A stretch of 50,331 nt of DNA, from positions 1 to 50,331 of the forward strand of contig JAVECO010000169.1 of the NCBI GenBank assembly GCA_051942205.1. The letters are read 5' to 3'. The position numbers and the translations under genes were made by a program. The DNA comes from Coniocarpon cinnabarinum. Lineage: Eukaryota. Below the pieces are notes generated by a model, which saw only the letters and a program-made list of their open reading frames with translations, was not told the DNA's origin and did no database searches. Below, piece after piece: positions 35,562 to 47,376 of this stretch. How positions within the stretch are numbered: position 1 is the stretch's first letter; each line of letters starts with the position of its first letter.

Positions 35562-38500
35562 GATTACTGATCCTTATTGATAAGCGCACGTTGTGCCTGT
35601 ATCTGGACGCGACTCTCGGTGCAAAATCAACTCAACGTTTTGCAAGATCCAATCCGCCAAAGCGTTTTTATAGACCCAATGAGGACATTTGTTGCTCTGA
35701 TCGAGCTTACCGATATTTCTTGTGGCTCGAGATTAGGGCTTGAGTGATTCTGCCCACTCATCGTATTCAAAAAAAAATAGTGGTAAACCGGCAGAACTTG
35801 ATCAGACCAAGCCATCCAATTGCATATGATTTATGTAAACAGACCTTTGTCATCTCGTCACACTTACAATGTTCTAGAGTCAAGCAAGCACGATATTGGA
35901 TAGAGGACAGTTCATGTTCATTTCCTCACTCGCGACTCATTGAGCGTGCATGCTCTGTCGATGACTGTACAAACGTCCGCATGCACCGCAAGCACGGCCT
36001 TCCAATGCGTCGAACGAGAAGTCCTCATGTGACAAACTAATAGACTAAGCATTCGTCGTCGTCAACTTTGCAAGAAGTTAGATGTCATGCGAGTTCGCGG
36101 TCCTGGCGAGCGCAGCCAATTGATCTGCCACAGTAAGTAATCACGACGTCCTACGCTTGACTTCTGCTTTTGCTTTCAATGTTCTCGGCAAAATGGGTGC
36201 TTGAGAGCTTGGAATGTTCTATGCCTCTGTGGCTCATGAGATTACCAGCAAGCCAGAAACATGCAAAGGAACTGACGATGGATTGCAAGGCTTCTTTATA
36301 TGGTGGAAGACACTGATGCATTGGGAGCTATTGGTAATGCTGCACTGCTGGATTTCAGGTTACGCAGCGAGCATCTACGAAGAGATGATTTCGGGCTGTG
36401 AAGCTATCTATTGGAAGGGCAATAGTAGAAGCCTCCTACATCTCACAAGGTGTTGGAGTGTGGTGCGGCTGGTCCTTGCTTTTGTCTTCGCAGATGGTGG
36501 AAGTTCGTTGTACGTCTTTCGATATCACTGGCAATGACAACACAAAGGCGGTGAGTTTCACCAAACGGGCGTTCCTGCTTTTCCATCCGCAGAGCCGCAA
36601 CACTGCCGCGCCACACGTGTCTCGTGCCCACCTGCCTCTTGCTGCTCCAGCTCTCTTCCCTCGCCCGCTATCCTCACCTCAAGAACATTCAACGACCTCA
36701 GTGGTCTTGAAGCGCACGAGCGCTGATCTGCCAGGCCATGGGCGAAATCAGCAGACATGGCACGCCCAAGCTCAGACTCAAACTCAATTGCCCTCCTTAT
36801 CTTTGCATCCCACACCACTGGCCCATCTCACGCACACCCACGTCATCACTCGTGACATCTTAGCTTGGTACTTGCCTCCAAAGTATCTCCAGCTCTCATA
36901 TCACCCGCGCATCAGGGTCCGCTAGCCATGTCTTCTCGCATCACACTACCCACACTGGCTTGCCACGATCAATCCAAGTCTCGTACCTCCCTTGAATCGA
37001 AACGAGGCTAGTGCGGGTTGTCTGCATGTTGACGACAAGGCCCTTTCGCACGAGACGCCGTCAGAAACCTTGCAAACTTTTCACTGCGAGTCGAGTTATC
37101 GGCTGCGCAAGATACGTATCTTCCTCAGTGTGGCTGGCTGGCTGGCCGCTCTGGCCCTGGTCTCATGCAAGCCACGGAGCAAGCAGGCAGGCACGTCAAC
37201 CATGTTGAACAGGCCACCCACTGCAGCAGACCCAGATTTGCATGCACCCAAACCAATATCACAAGCCTTGGCGATCACCGCGATCTGCCATGACCCATCC
37301 CTAGTCCACAGCGTGCAGCATGCACACCACAGATTAGCCGTACGAGCCCTCGTCCTCCAAGCATGATTTAACCGGTACCGAGACTCGGTCACTGGCAGCG
37401 AAACACCGGGTCTCTAGGCCTTTCTAGTCACAACAGCGATATGTCTCACCCCACATGTCGCAGCTACCAATTGGAGATCCATCATTTACGAAGACGTCGC
37501 GAGCAGGGGAATGATGGGCGCTCCAGCGCGTCGGGCCTTGTTGCCGCAAGGGCGCTATGTAGGCGCTGGCTTGTTGGGACAGGGATGCGATTGGTAGATT
37601 CGTGAGTCTTGACTCTCGAGGGAGTGGATCTTGCATAAGGCTTGGCGATGTGAGATGGCATGGCCGACACAGACACGGGGTCTGACGACCGAGCACGCAG
37701 GCGTAGCGGATTCTGCGTTTCGTCCGTGGGCGTTGCAGAAGGTTGGGGCTTGTGTGAGCGAGTTGCTGCACAGCAAAAACGGCAGCCCGTCCGGACAGGG
37801 CACTCCCTGTCTGTGATCTGAACGCGGACCAACGTCGCAACACCCGAACCTGGCTACAGCTCACGGGAGTCGAAAGGATGCGCGACAGCATCCCTACGTG
37901 CGCATAGCCCTCGCCACTACCCAGCTGGATATTTACCATGGTGGTCCTCGGTCAACCCAGCGCTTGCTGCATTCGTTTATCAGGTCCATTCATCAGCCTA
38001 TGACCATCCACTTAAAGAAGCGTTGAGCTCAGCCGAGCCTTGTCCCGCTGCTGCATCGGCCGTTTTCATCGCCTGTTAATCGCTCGGTCTAGCGCTTAAC
38101 ACTCATTCTTTAAGATCAACTAAGAAACCCCCCCTACTACTTCCCGCACTCCCCCGTATGCCACCACCGCAAGGGCGTTTTGACAGTGTGATGAGATGGC
38201 GTGGTGTCAACGGGCGATCTCGTCACGTCGGCCAGCGGCCAGGCTACGAACGGCCGACCTGGTCAAAGACTTGTGAACCTTACAACCATATCGTCGACTA
38301 TGCCATTTTCGTGGTGACCGTCCACGCTGCGCAAAGATCGTGAGTAAGTGGGACGTAACGTACGCTTAATCGGAAGAAGTACAATGGTACGACTGCATCT
38401 AGGCCTGACAGTGTTGCTCTCTGCTACCTACTGCCAGGGAGAGCTTCACCTGTTCAAGGCAAGGATAGACGCCTGTCTGAGTCCCCCTTGATTGACGGTA

Positions 38501-38811
38501 GACATTGTCAGTGGGCGGATGTCAGGCGCTGCGCTTGATCGGAAAAACAAGAAGGACAAGGAATTCGCACGACTTGCAGAGGGTGCCCAGATGGAAGGCA
38601 TAGAAGGCTGACCTAGCGCGATCTGACATTTCTGGAAAACTAGCGTCATACAAGTCAACACGGACCGAGGCTCGTCTGCCAAACAGCTGCTGAGATAGTT
38701 CAGCTTCCCGACGAACACTCGTCTAGCCGGCTCCGGTGGACATTGTCAGCAAGACGAAGCTGGCGCCGCACGCCTACACTGGAGCAACCCTTGGAGGCCT
38801 TCACACACGGG

Positions 38812-39278
38812 ACGCTTAAACGGTACATTGTCGCGTCCAATCCAAACCAAACATTTCGTTCTAGCGGATCATCCCCACCAAATCGCCCACGATATGATAC
38901 TGAGATCTCGGGCGTGCCCGTACTATAGCGCTTATTGAGATTCCCAGATCACTAAGACGTCCCCTGAGATGTGCACCGCAGACTATGACGACTCACGATA
39001 CCAGGCACTGTGAGACTCTCGACCGGTCTGACGCTCACTTGGCCCACAGGCTCTCAAGACGCATATTGTGCGGCACGCTTAAACGGTGTATCACAATATG
39101 ACAATTGACATACAATTCGTGCTAGCGCATTGTATTTACCATATCGCCGGCTATAGAAGCTAAGATCTCGAGCGTGCCTGTACTATAATAGCGCATATTG
39201 AGATCTCTCTCCCAGATCCTGAAGTCACAGCCATGAAAATAATGCCGTCGACCATGACGATCCTCGCGCACAGGACTG
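38812..39278. repeat. Degenerate tandem duplication, two ~200-bp copies (38812-39010 and 39075-39278), offset ~260-268 bp
   Basis: Colinear blocks: acgcttaaacggt x2; catttcgttctagcg/caattcgtgctagcg; agatctcgggcgtgcccgtactata/agatctcgagcgtgcctgtactata; tattgagat..cccagatc x2; gactatgacga/gaccatgacga. Confidence 0.8.
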
Positions 39279-40508
39279 GACGATGCTACAGTAGAAAGTC
39301 AGTGCTCTTCACGATCACACCGTTTTCGTTGCAGCTGGAAAAACGGATAATCGCTTTATTTCAACGGCCTCTCAGTGACGCTTTTGGTGGTTGACAATGT
39401 CGCGTGGACTCCAGGGTTTGATCGCGCGCACCCAAAGTTACACACACGATATTGTGTCATACCTTCTTTTCCCAGATCGACTTGGTAGCGTGCTCCACAC
39501 CGCTAGAATAAACACCTACTGCATTTTGATGTATCGACGAATGATCATTCGGCCCTTGCGTCTTGTCCAAGATCACCATGAAAGGTACCACACATCTCAG
39601 TGCGCCGACGGAAGCAAGCAAGCGACGTGATTCATCCCTCGCCCAGACGCCAAACAAAGTGCATTTTGCTGCTTTGACCAATGAGCGCTTTATTTGGTGT
39701 GACCTCGTCGTTCAATATCGTCATGATAGACGTTTTTGTACGCCTAGTGGTTCTCGCACGCCGACGGAGTATGTCCATCTCACAACGATGGGTCCAGACG
39801 TTCTTGTACCTCGGTTTCGCAAGTTGAGCGTCGCAAAAAGGCTAAACGGAGCCAACGTTCTTGTCCCACGACGCTGTCAATCAGACCTCATGTATCACAA
39901 CGATGGCGAAGCCTTCGAGTTGACATGTGTGTCCCGCCTCGTGCACGACGAATGGGTGAATGCAAGGGCAGGTCCAATCTGTGAGAGGTCTCAACTTCCT
40001 GCCAGGAACTGCTTTCCCGCCTGCTTCCCGCTGTCATCATGCCGCCGTCACTAAGCCGCGTCCGCGCATGGCAGCGACCCGTCTGCAGTTGAGTCCCACA
40101 CGAGAGCCGAAGCGCAAGCGGACGCGGAATATGTCTCACTTTCATACAGGGGTATCCGTCTTACACACATGAACCACAAACCGCATCAAGCTGAACGTTG
40201 ATCCATTCTCAACAACCACATCCCTTCCATCGCCCCCGAATCAGCACCCTCCGAATCCACACCCACCTCTTTAAACAATACTAAACATCAGAACCTCAGT
40301 TGTGAGCGGCACGACTCCTTTCCAAAACGTGAAGATCGTTTTTACTTGAAGCGCAATCACATCACATCACAGCAGCACGCCAGACCCAAGCACCCGTGCA
40401 CGCAAAACCCAAACCCATGGATGGATTTCTCGGCCCGAAGAGCCACCGTCGCCGTGCCGACATCTCGCCGGCATCGTACCGCTCCACCTCAACTGGGTCA
40501 GTCGGCCG

Positions 40509-40707
40509 CTAGTCTAGCCCCCTTTTTCTCGGTCGTGGAATGGGACATTCAAGGGTGCCACCATCGGGACCAGATTGCCTTTCGCTACGCTCTTAGTCTT
40601 TGAGTCTCCGGGTCTTTGCGGTTGTTCATGGCTTGAGTTTACCGAGCGTGAGGGACGCTGGTGTAGTAATACAATCCAATCTCGTGTCTTTGCCAGGCCG
40701 ATCCCAT
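40509..40707 (-). CDS. Candidate spliced microprotein, 46 aa. Exons 40707-40643, 40584-40509
   Basis: caaaATGg context, GTAAAC donor, CTAAG branch-like site, 58-nt intron, C/A-rich leader and G/T-rich trailer. Product MGSAWQRHEIGLYYYTSVPHARERQSGPDGGTLECPIPRPRKKGLD. Confidence 0.3.
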
Positions 40708-41660
40708 TTTGAAATTAATCTCGAGATGTATGTGGGGATGTGAGGAACCCGGGGGCAGTGACCTGGGTGCACGAAGATGCGTGCAGGGAAGCGTAAAGGG
40801 ATGTGTCTTTAAGGAGACTCGTGACGTGAAGACCGTTGAAAGGGCGAATACCGCACGCACCCGACGTCAGTGGGTGTGCACGGGTGTGGCTCGACGGACG
40901 TCTCGTGATGCGACATTTTTCCCGGTATCTCGCCGTTGACCGTGCGGCTGAGGCCTCCCATCCAGCGCCTACCTACCTAGCGTCCTCTAGAGTCAACCTG
41001 CCTCGTGTGAACGACTGACGCAGCGTAGTCGGCGCAATGCACGAGCTCTGCCTGAATGATTCGATTCATCGAGGGTGCAATGATGGAAGATCATAAGAAA
41101 GACAGTTTAATGATGGTAATGATGTTTCAATTCAAGCGAAGGCTCGTAGATCGTGTGATAGAGCAGAGCATAAAGATACAGATCAGCTAGTTTTTGGCTT
41201 GGTCAATAAATCATACAAGGCCCGTTTCCTCCTCCGTCGGCCCGTGAAGTGGTTGTTCATCCACACATGCATAGTAGCGTGAAAATCCAAAGAAAACCCC
41301 CCAATGCTTTTTGGTGTAGTAATGATGATGATGATATTAGATTTGGAAAGAGACAGCCATGAATGCGTCATCGATGCGGCTGTTCGTGGCTGTGACGGCG
41401 TCCTGAGTTCACGCCTGACCGCAACGTGACGCTCGTGATTCATGTCCCCAAGATCCAACGCCCCCCACCTTAGTGCCGCCGGTTTCCATTTTCTTATTTT
41501 TCCGCCCCTAGATCCGGTGCCTGCATACCTGCCGTGAGTTCCTTTTTGTCCATTCCGAGAGTAGGGGTATCGATCGTGCATTGCAAATCAGCCGTCCCCG
41601 GAAACGCCGCGTGATGTGAAGATTTGGATGAGGCCAACCCAGCCCATCAATGCGTCATGA

Positions 41661-42161
41661 TCATGCCCACGACGAGCGATTGCTACGGTGGCGAGTCTGA
41701 TCGAAGAGCCCTTCGTAGCGTCGGAGCTCTTCCTTGGCCTCGGGTGAGATCTGGGCGTTGGGGTTTGCGGGTGCGGCTGACGCTGTGGGAGAGACGGTGG
41801 TGGTGAGCACATTTGGCGACAAGACGGCTGACGTCCTCGACGCGGGCGCGGTGTCAGGCCTTGACGTTGTCTCAGAATTTGAGTCCCGTCTGTAAGCTTT
41901 GAAGTCGATGGCCGGCGGGAGATGGAAGCCGGAGCCCATGGGCGGGAAGCTCCACGAGAGTGACGACGTCGAAGAGAAGCTGGAGGATGGCTGTTCGTAG
42001 AGAGGCGTGGTGGGAGACGTCAGCCAGCCGTGAGTTGGGCTGCCTTTTTCGAGATCGGCGAGGCGGCAGGCGTGGGAGCAGTATGGACCGTGTTCGTTGT
42101 CGGCGGAGAGGCTGCCGTCGCAGCTGAGGCAGAAGTTGAGAAACTCGTCTTCGAAGGACAT
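41661..42161 (-). CDS. ecl1: Ecl1-family (extender of chronological lifespan) zinc-binding protein, 166 aa
   Basis: FLNFCLSCD…GPYCSHACRLAD (Cx2C…YCSx2CRx2D), GFHLPPAIDF, C-terminal ISPEAKEELRRYEGLFDQ; gcaccATG context. Confidence 0.82.
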   Translation of the reverse strand: MSFEDEFLNFCLSCDGSLSADNEHGPYCSHACRLADLEKGSPTHGWLTSPTTPLYEQPSSSFSSTSSLSWSFPPMGSGFHLPPAIDFKAYRRDSNSETTSRPDTAPASRTSAVLSPNVLTTTVSPTASAAPANPNAQISPEAKEELRRYEGLFDQTRHRSNRSSWA

Positions 42162-43060
42162 GGTGCTGGATTGTGTAGTGGGTGTTGAGAAAGTAGTTGG
42201 TATTGATGTGCAAGGAGTGGAGGCAGAAGAATGTTGTTTAAAAATGCCCACGATTTCAGTTGAGAACCGTGAGGGTGGCTGAAAAAAGGGTCAAGTGCAA
42301 GTGATTGTATGAATATGAGAGATAAAGACGTAAGTGGGAGTGACCGCAATGGCAAGTATGTCGTCAAGTGTGGCGTGATGTGGTGTCGGGTCCCTGGCGA
42401 GCTCAGGTGGTCATGAGGCCTCTTGTCAGGAACAGGCAGAGCAGAGGTGATGCAGCAGCAGTAGTAGTAGCAGCTGGGGTGTGGTGCCGGTGGTGGTGTT
42501 GGTGTGGGAGCATCCCAAGACTGGGTGGTGGCAGAAAAAATCAAAGAGAGTTTAGGCGTGATGCAGCATATTTAGACTCTGTGAATGACCACGGAGAGGG
42601 GAGGAGCGAGGGGGGAGGGAGGGGAAGAGAGAGATAAAGAAGAGCCCGGCGGACCAGGGTGAGGAAGAGAAGAGAGAGAGCGCGCGCAAGAGGCAGAGAT
42701 AGGTCGAGGAAAAAAGTATGGAGAGGCGAGGCCTAGTGCGGGTTCATGAAAAGAAGGTATCCGCTGGGGCAGCATGGGTGTGTGGTGAGGTGATCGACGG
42801 AGGTGTGTGGGTGTGTGCATGAGGGTGCATGAGTGCGGGCAGCGAGCACTGAGAAGGCCCGAGCGCGGCGCTTGACTGATCGGGGCTTAGCTCCACTGGT
42901 GGCACCCAGCCTGGAACTTACCCACAATGGAAGAGCATGGGTCAGCAGGAGAGGGACACGGAAAAACAGACCATCACTCAGCAGATGGGCAAGAGCCCGG
43001 CCGGGACAAGCTTGGGGCAATTCTTTTCTGGTTTGCAGCAGGGCCAGGTGAAGCAGACTT

Positions 43061-43096
43061 GCACGCACACGCACACGCACACGCACACGCACACAC
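43061..43096. repeat. (GCACAC)n alternating purine-pyrimidine microsatellite
   Basis: gcacgcacacgcacacgcacacgcacacgcacacac. Confidence 0.85.
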
Positions 43097-45147
43097 CAAC
43101 ACCACACCAGCAAGCAGACACCAAGGGGGCCTGATGCACCAGGCCCGTGCAGCAAAAGCGGGCGGCACTATGCCCCAAGAAAGATAGTACACGCTGCGGG
43201 TTACATCTCTGCTCGAGTCGTGCCAGGTACCATGTGCACAGGCCCTGGGCGAGGTGGGCGACCGTGTTGGACTAGCACGGGCGCACGCGCCACATGGAAA
43301 AGAGGCAGATGTGGGTGTGGGCCTGGCAGACTGGCAGTGGCCGAAGCAGCTTGTCGGCGGGCGGCCTGTGAGAAAGGAGGAACTCTCTGTCAGACGCAGC
43401 ACGCAGCAACTAGCGAATAACGAACAACACCACCACCATCGCGGCGGCCAGCACCATGACCAGAAGCGGGCCGGCGACGCAATGGCCAAGCAACAAGCGC
43501 TCCTCGCTTACACTCGCCCTCTGCCAGCGCCACGGTTCTTGCGTTCTCTGGCACTTGTACCGTTCTTGTGGGACCCGCCCACCATCCTCCCTAGCGCCAG
43601 CGTTGACAAGGCTGGGGGAGACGCACACACACAAGCCCACACACTGGTGCTGCTGCTGGCCACTGCTCCCATCGAGCCATCGCCCGGCGCTTCATGAGTC
43701 GCTGCTGCGCCCCCCGTTGCTGCTGCCCACACACGCTGCCTGCTGCAGACGTCGTCGTAGGTGGGTCCTGCCTGCTTTTGAGTGTGCGCAAGTTTGACTC
43801 GAGATTCTGCTCTCTCTGTCGGGTCCGGCGGCCTTGTCAAGGTTTGGCTTTGGGATCGAGCTGGAGGACGTCTACCACGGGTCAACATGGCAACCCCGTC
43901 CGCTTGGCGAGAACCCAATCCACTGTGTGCGGCCCGAAGTCAGCCATGGTGCTTCTTTGCTGATTTGGTTTGCGTTGCGCCGTAATCGGACCGTTGAACA
44001 GTGGCACTGTGTCTGCCCTTCTCGAAGGTCTGCATCGCACTCAACGGCGCTTGAAAGACTCGGCCGAGGCGGAGCAACGACGACAACGACAGCGTTGGAG
44101 CAAGCAACGGTGCAGCAGGGATGCGTTGAGAGCAGCCACGGCAGCGGCCTTTGCCCGGCCTAGCTTTGCTATGACGACTTGCCCCCCTGTTTATTTTCTG
44201 ACACTGCCGCCAATCACCTGTGCTTGCTACATTGCCCTTCCATATCGAGTGTCGAGGGCCAGGCCATCGCTCCATGAGAGATTTGACGACCGCAAGTGCT
44301 ATGGATAGAATTCACGTCTGGACACAGAGCAATCAGCACGAGACGATACTGAGCCACTAAGCCAGAGGCATGGCGAAACTGGCCTCTGCATTGTGAAGCA
44401 TCGAATGTGCTGCTGCAAGTGCTCTCGTTCAAGGCCCTTGCCGCACTAGCACTCGACTGGGGTAGCAGACTCGACCGAAGACGCACATCGCTGCAATTCA
44501 ATTTCTCATCGAGGCAGATTCGCCTGCTCGACTCGGCCTTTCACTTGCCTACTGCGTACGCGCAATGTTTGACTAATCACGACTCCTGTGTGGGCCCTTT
44601 GCTGTTTCACAACGTCCTGCGCATTGGCGCTGTCGCAGTTCCCTCAAGCGCCCAACAGGCGTCAAGTCTGAAAACAACCTGTTTCGTGCCCATGGCACTG
44701 CCTGTGGACCCTCTTTTCGGAGCTTTTTCTCCCTAGACTGGCCAGCTCAGGGCTGTGGGTTTCGATGGTCGCAAGTATTGGCAAGCTGTCCAGACCCAGA
44801 TGGTGCTCCAGCTTCGCACTTGGCACACGAAAGAAAGACCAAAGGGACACGGGATGAAGCCTGGGGTAAACCGACGCTACACTGACTCTCTTTGTTGACT
44901 TCGTACAGTGATGATGCGCTTTCCCCACTAGAAGGATTGCCGCAGTCATCGGCCACTTGACTGCATACGCAGCATCATTACGCAGGTCCGAGGCGATGCG
45001 GAGAAGGCACCAATGAATCTGAGCACAGGGCTATGGCGTTATCTAGACTTGCCGCCGCAATCCTCGCTCGCCTTGCTGCAGCGACCGTTTCAACTGCGCC
45101 CGTTGCGGTGCGAGCTGAGTGCGCTGATTGACAGCTGTCGCTCCCAG

Positions 45148-45203
45148 CCTGCTTGCTTGCGTAAATATGCTGCACCTGCTTGCTTGCTTGCTTGCAAATA
45201 TGC
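45148..45203. repeat. Short direct duplication containing (GCTT)n
   Basis: cctgcttgcttgcgtaaatatgc followed by cctgcttgcttgcttgcttgcaaatatgc. Confidence 0.7.
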
Positions 45204-46518
45204 ATCTTCTTACTGGTCGTCTGCAAGTTGAGGAATGCCCGGCGGCAAAAAGGCAGCAAGAGAGCTGTGCGCATGAGATAATGCCCTGCTTCATTTCTAC
45301 GTTCCTCATCGACATCTCTGGAGAGCTTTGAGGTCAGCTTGAAGTGCGTAAGTGTCAAGGATGGGTTTTTGCGCGCGTCCCGCTCGGATTAGACCATGCA
45401 AATGATTGTGGCGCGCTCCGTCATCGTCTCGACTTGCTGAAGGTTGAGCATTTGATCCTGGCCATACTTGGTGCTTGATTACGGCTGCCAAGGGTAAGGC
45501 ACTGCTTCATTACAGCTACAGTGAGGGTCATGGGCAAAAGTCATAGCCAGGTCCCACCTCTACCACTGTCTTCTCTGTCTTGGTCGCATACGCAGCTTGG
45601 GCAATGAGCCCCCCCGCAACAAGACATTTCAAGCCACAAGGCTTTGAGCATCATGGTAAAAGGGGCCTTCCGCCGCTGTAAATCTCTCCTTAGGACGACT
45701 TTGCAACCGGCAAGCGTCGTACACAACAGTCCTTGCCACAACGCAACCAAGTGTTTGGTGAGACAAACGAAACTTTGACCGTCTTGCTCGCATTTTGATG
45801 AAACCTGATGCAATTAAGCCAAGAGCTCCTTACCCTGACTGCCACGCTACCACGTACATCAGACAGGACGCGAGGCAGATCGGGACATGATTTATGCCTA
45901 TGATACTTGTGGTGACACTGCAATTTGCACCTGAAGGACATGCAAGCCCGTTCTGCAATGAGATGAGTAAGGCTTTTTTGCTTTACCATGTTGAGGACTC
46001 GTTCATTCGCAAAGTGAAGCGCATTAGGCGTCGCTTAAGAAGGTCGACGGTGTTCTAGACTCACTTAGAAAAACATCCCGCCTTTTTGAGGGCCTTGCAC
46101 AATCTCTCCGCAACCCTGTCACTCCATGGGTATTGACCAATGGTCTGGATCAGGCGAGCAGGCTGGAAGTCACAGAGTCATAAAGTCGACCAAGAGTGTT
46201 GACGGATCTGCTGACAACAGCAAGAGTCTAGAGCGGGATTACTTACCGCAACATAATGCGATACCTTATAGGGCGCAGAAGTCTTCCGCCGACGTCGACA
46301 TAGCCCTAGCATTCAACATTGCTTAGTGTTGGGGGCCTTCCTCTTAGAATTGTGCCTCGCTATGCTTGGGAGAATTTGGCAACGACTTCTGTTCGAAGAC
46401 GTTCGCGATTATTGCGCCTTACACTAGCTTCTAGCCACTAGGTGGTCACTTCGCAAGCCATGGCAAGACGTATGTTGAGCATCTCACTGGGACTAACGAT
46501 CGTGACAAGAAATCCGTC

Positions 46519-47376
46519 TCATTGCGTAGACTTCTTGAACGACATCTTCTCTACACTGACATTCTCCTCACCTTTGTCGTCCGTTTTGAGTTGATAGAAA
46601 TACACAATCAAGTTCTCGCCTTGCACCTGCAATAACCACGTTAGCAAATCATATGATGCATGGAACTGTACTAGCACAGCCCAAGACAACACTCACATCC
46701 ATCAGCACAAAACTCGGCAGCGGTTCTTCGCCCTCGGCCCACCACCCGCTACTCCAAGCCCCCGTGCCGCTCCCAGGATTAATAAAAAACCGCCCCTCCA
46801 ACTCATAAGCTTCAAACCGGTGAGTCCCGGCCCAGAGCAGAACATCGACATCCATCTGCCGCGCCTGCATCAACAGGACGTCTGCGTCGCCGGGAGGCAC
46901 GATGGTATGCCCGTGGATCATTCCGATCCGCAGATCCCCGTGCGTCACGATCTTCGTGAGCGGTGCCATGGCCCCTGCGGCGGGTCTCTGCGCGGTGTTC
47001 CCATCTTGTAGCGACTGCGAGTGGCTTGTTGACTGTTGTGCTTGCTGGGCGGGAAAGGGCTCGACGTCGAAGTCGCCCCGAACGGCGTGGAAGTCGGGCG
47101 CGATGCCGCGCAGGAAATTGTAGGGGCCGGAGGAGGTGAGGTTGCCCAGGCAGAGTGTTTGGCCGATCTTGCCCGGGGCGAGTAGCTTTTGGAACTGAGG
47201 CGGTGTTACTCGTTGCTGTGAGGTGGTCGATGTATGTGCAAGCGTACCTTGGGGGGTATGTCCTAAGGTGGATAAGCTGGGGTCGTCGTGGGGATGGCGT
47301 CCTGTGGTGCGAGACTCACGGGGGCGCGATCAGGGATGAAGAGGTCGCCAATGCATAGCACCAGCCTGGACGCCAT
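46519..47376 (-). CDS. VPS29: Retromer subunit Vps29, 4 exons including a 15-nt microexon (47262-47248)
   Basis: LVLCIGDLFIPDRAP-DIPPK-FQKLLAPGKIGQTLCLGNL…VRGDFD…IHGH…ARQMDVDVL..GTHRFEAYE..GRFFINPGSGTGA…PSFVLMDVQG…FYQL. Confidence 0.93.

Noticed and set aside
36398..37939. ORFs of 120-175 aa downstream of YPI1
   Set aside because: Several start at non-ATG codons, composition is random-like, and I could not build a consistent exon chain.
39563..40054. 163-aa ORF with a short internal repeat (DVLVPR/NVLVPR)
   Set aside because: No family features or convincing gene context; the repeat is only ~16 nt.
19775..42161. Possible phosphate-starvation gene cluster (RNase T2, PHO81, ecl1)
   Set aside because: The genes are interspersed with unrelated housekeeping genes, and I saw clustered Pho4-type boxes only upstream of PHO81.
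42733..43918. Overlapping 100-170 aa ORFs on both strands (HAHAHA, CACACA, VRVRVR)
   Set aside because: Products of GC-rich promoter sequence and the (GCACAC)n microsatellite; no domain or consistent codon bias.
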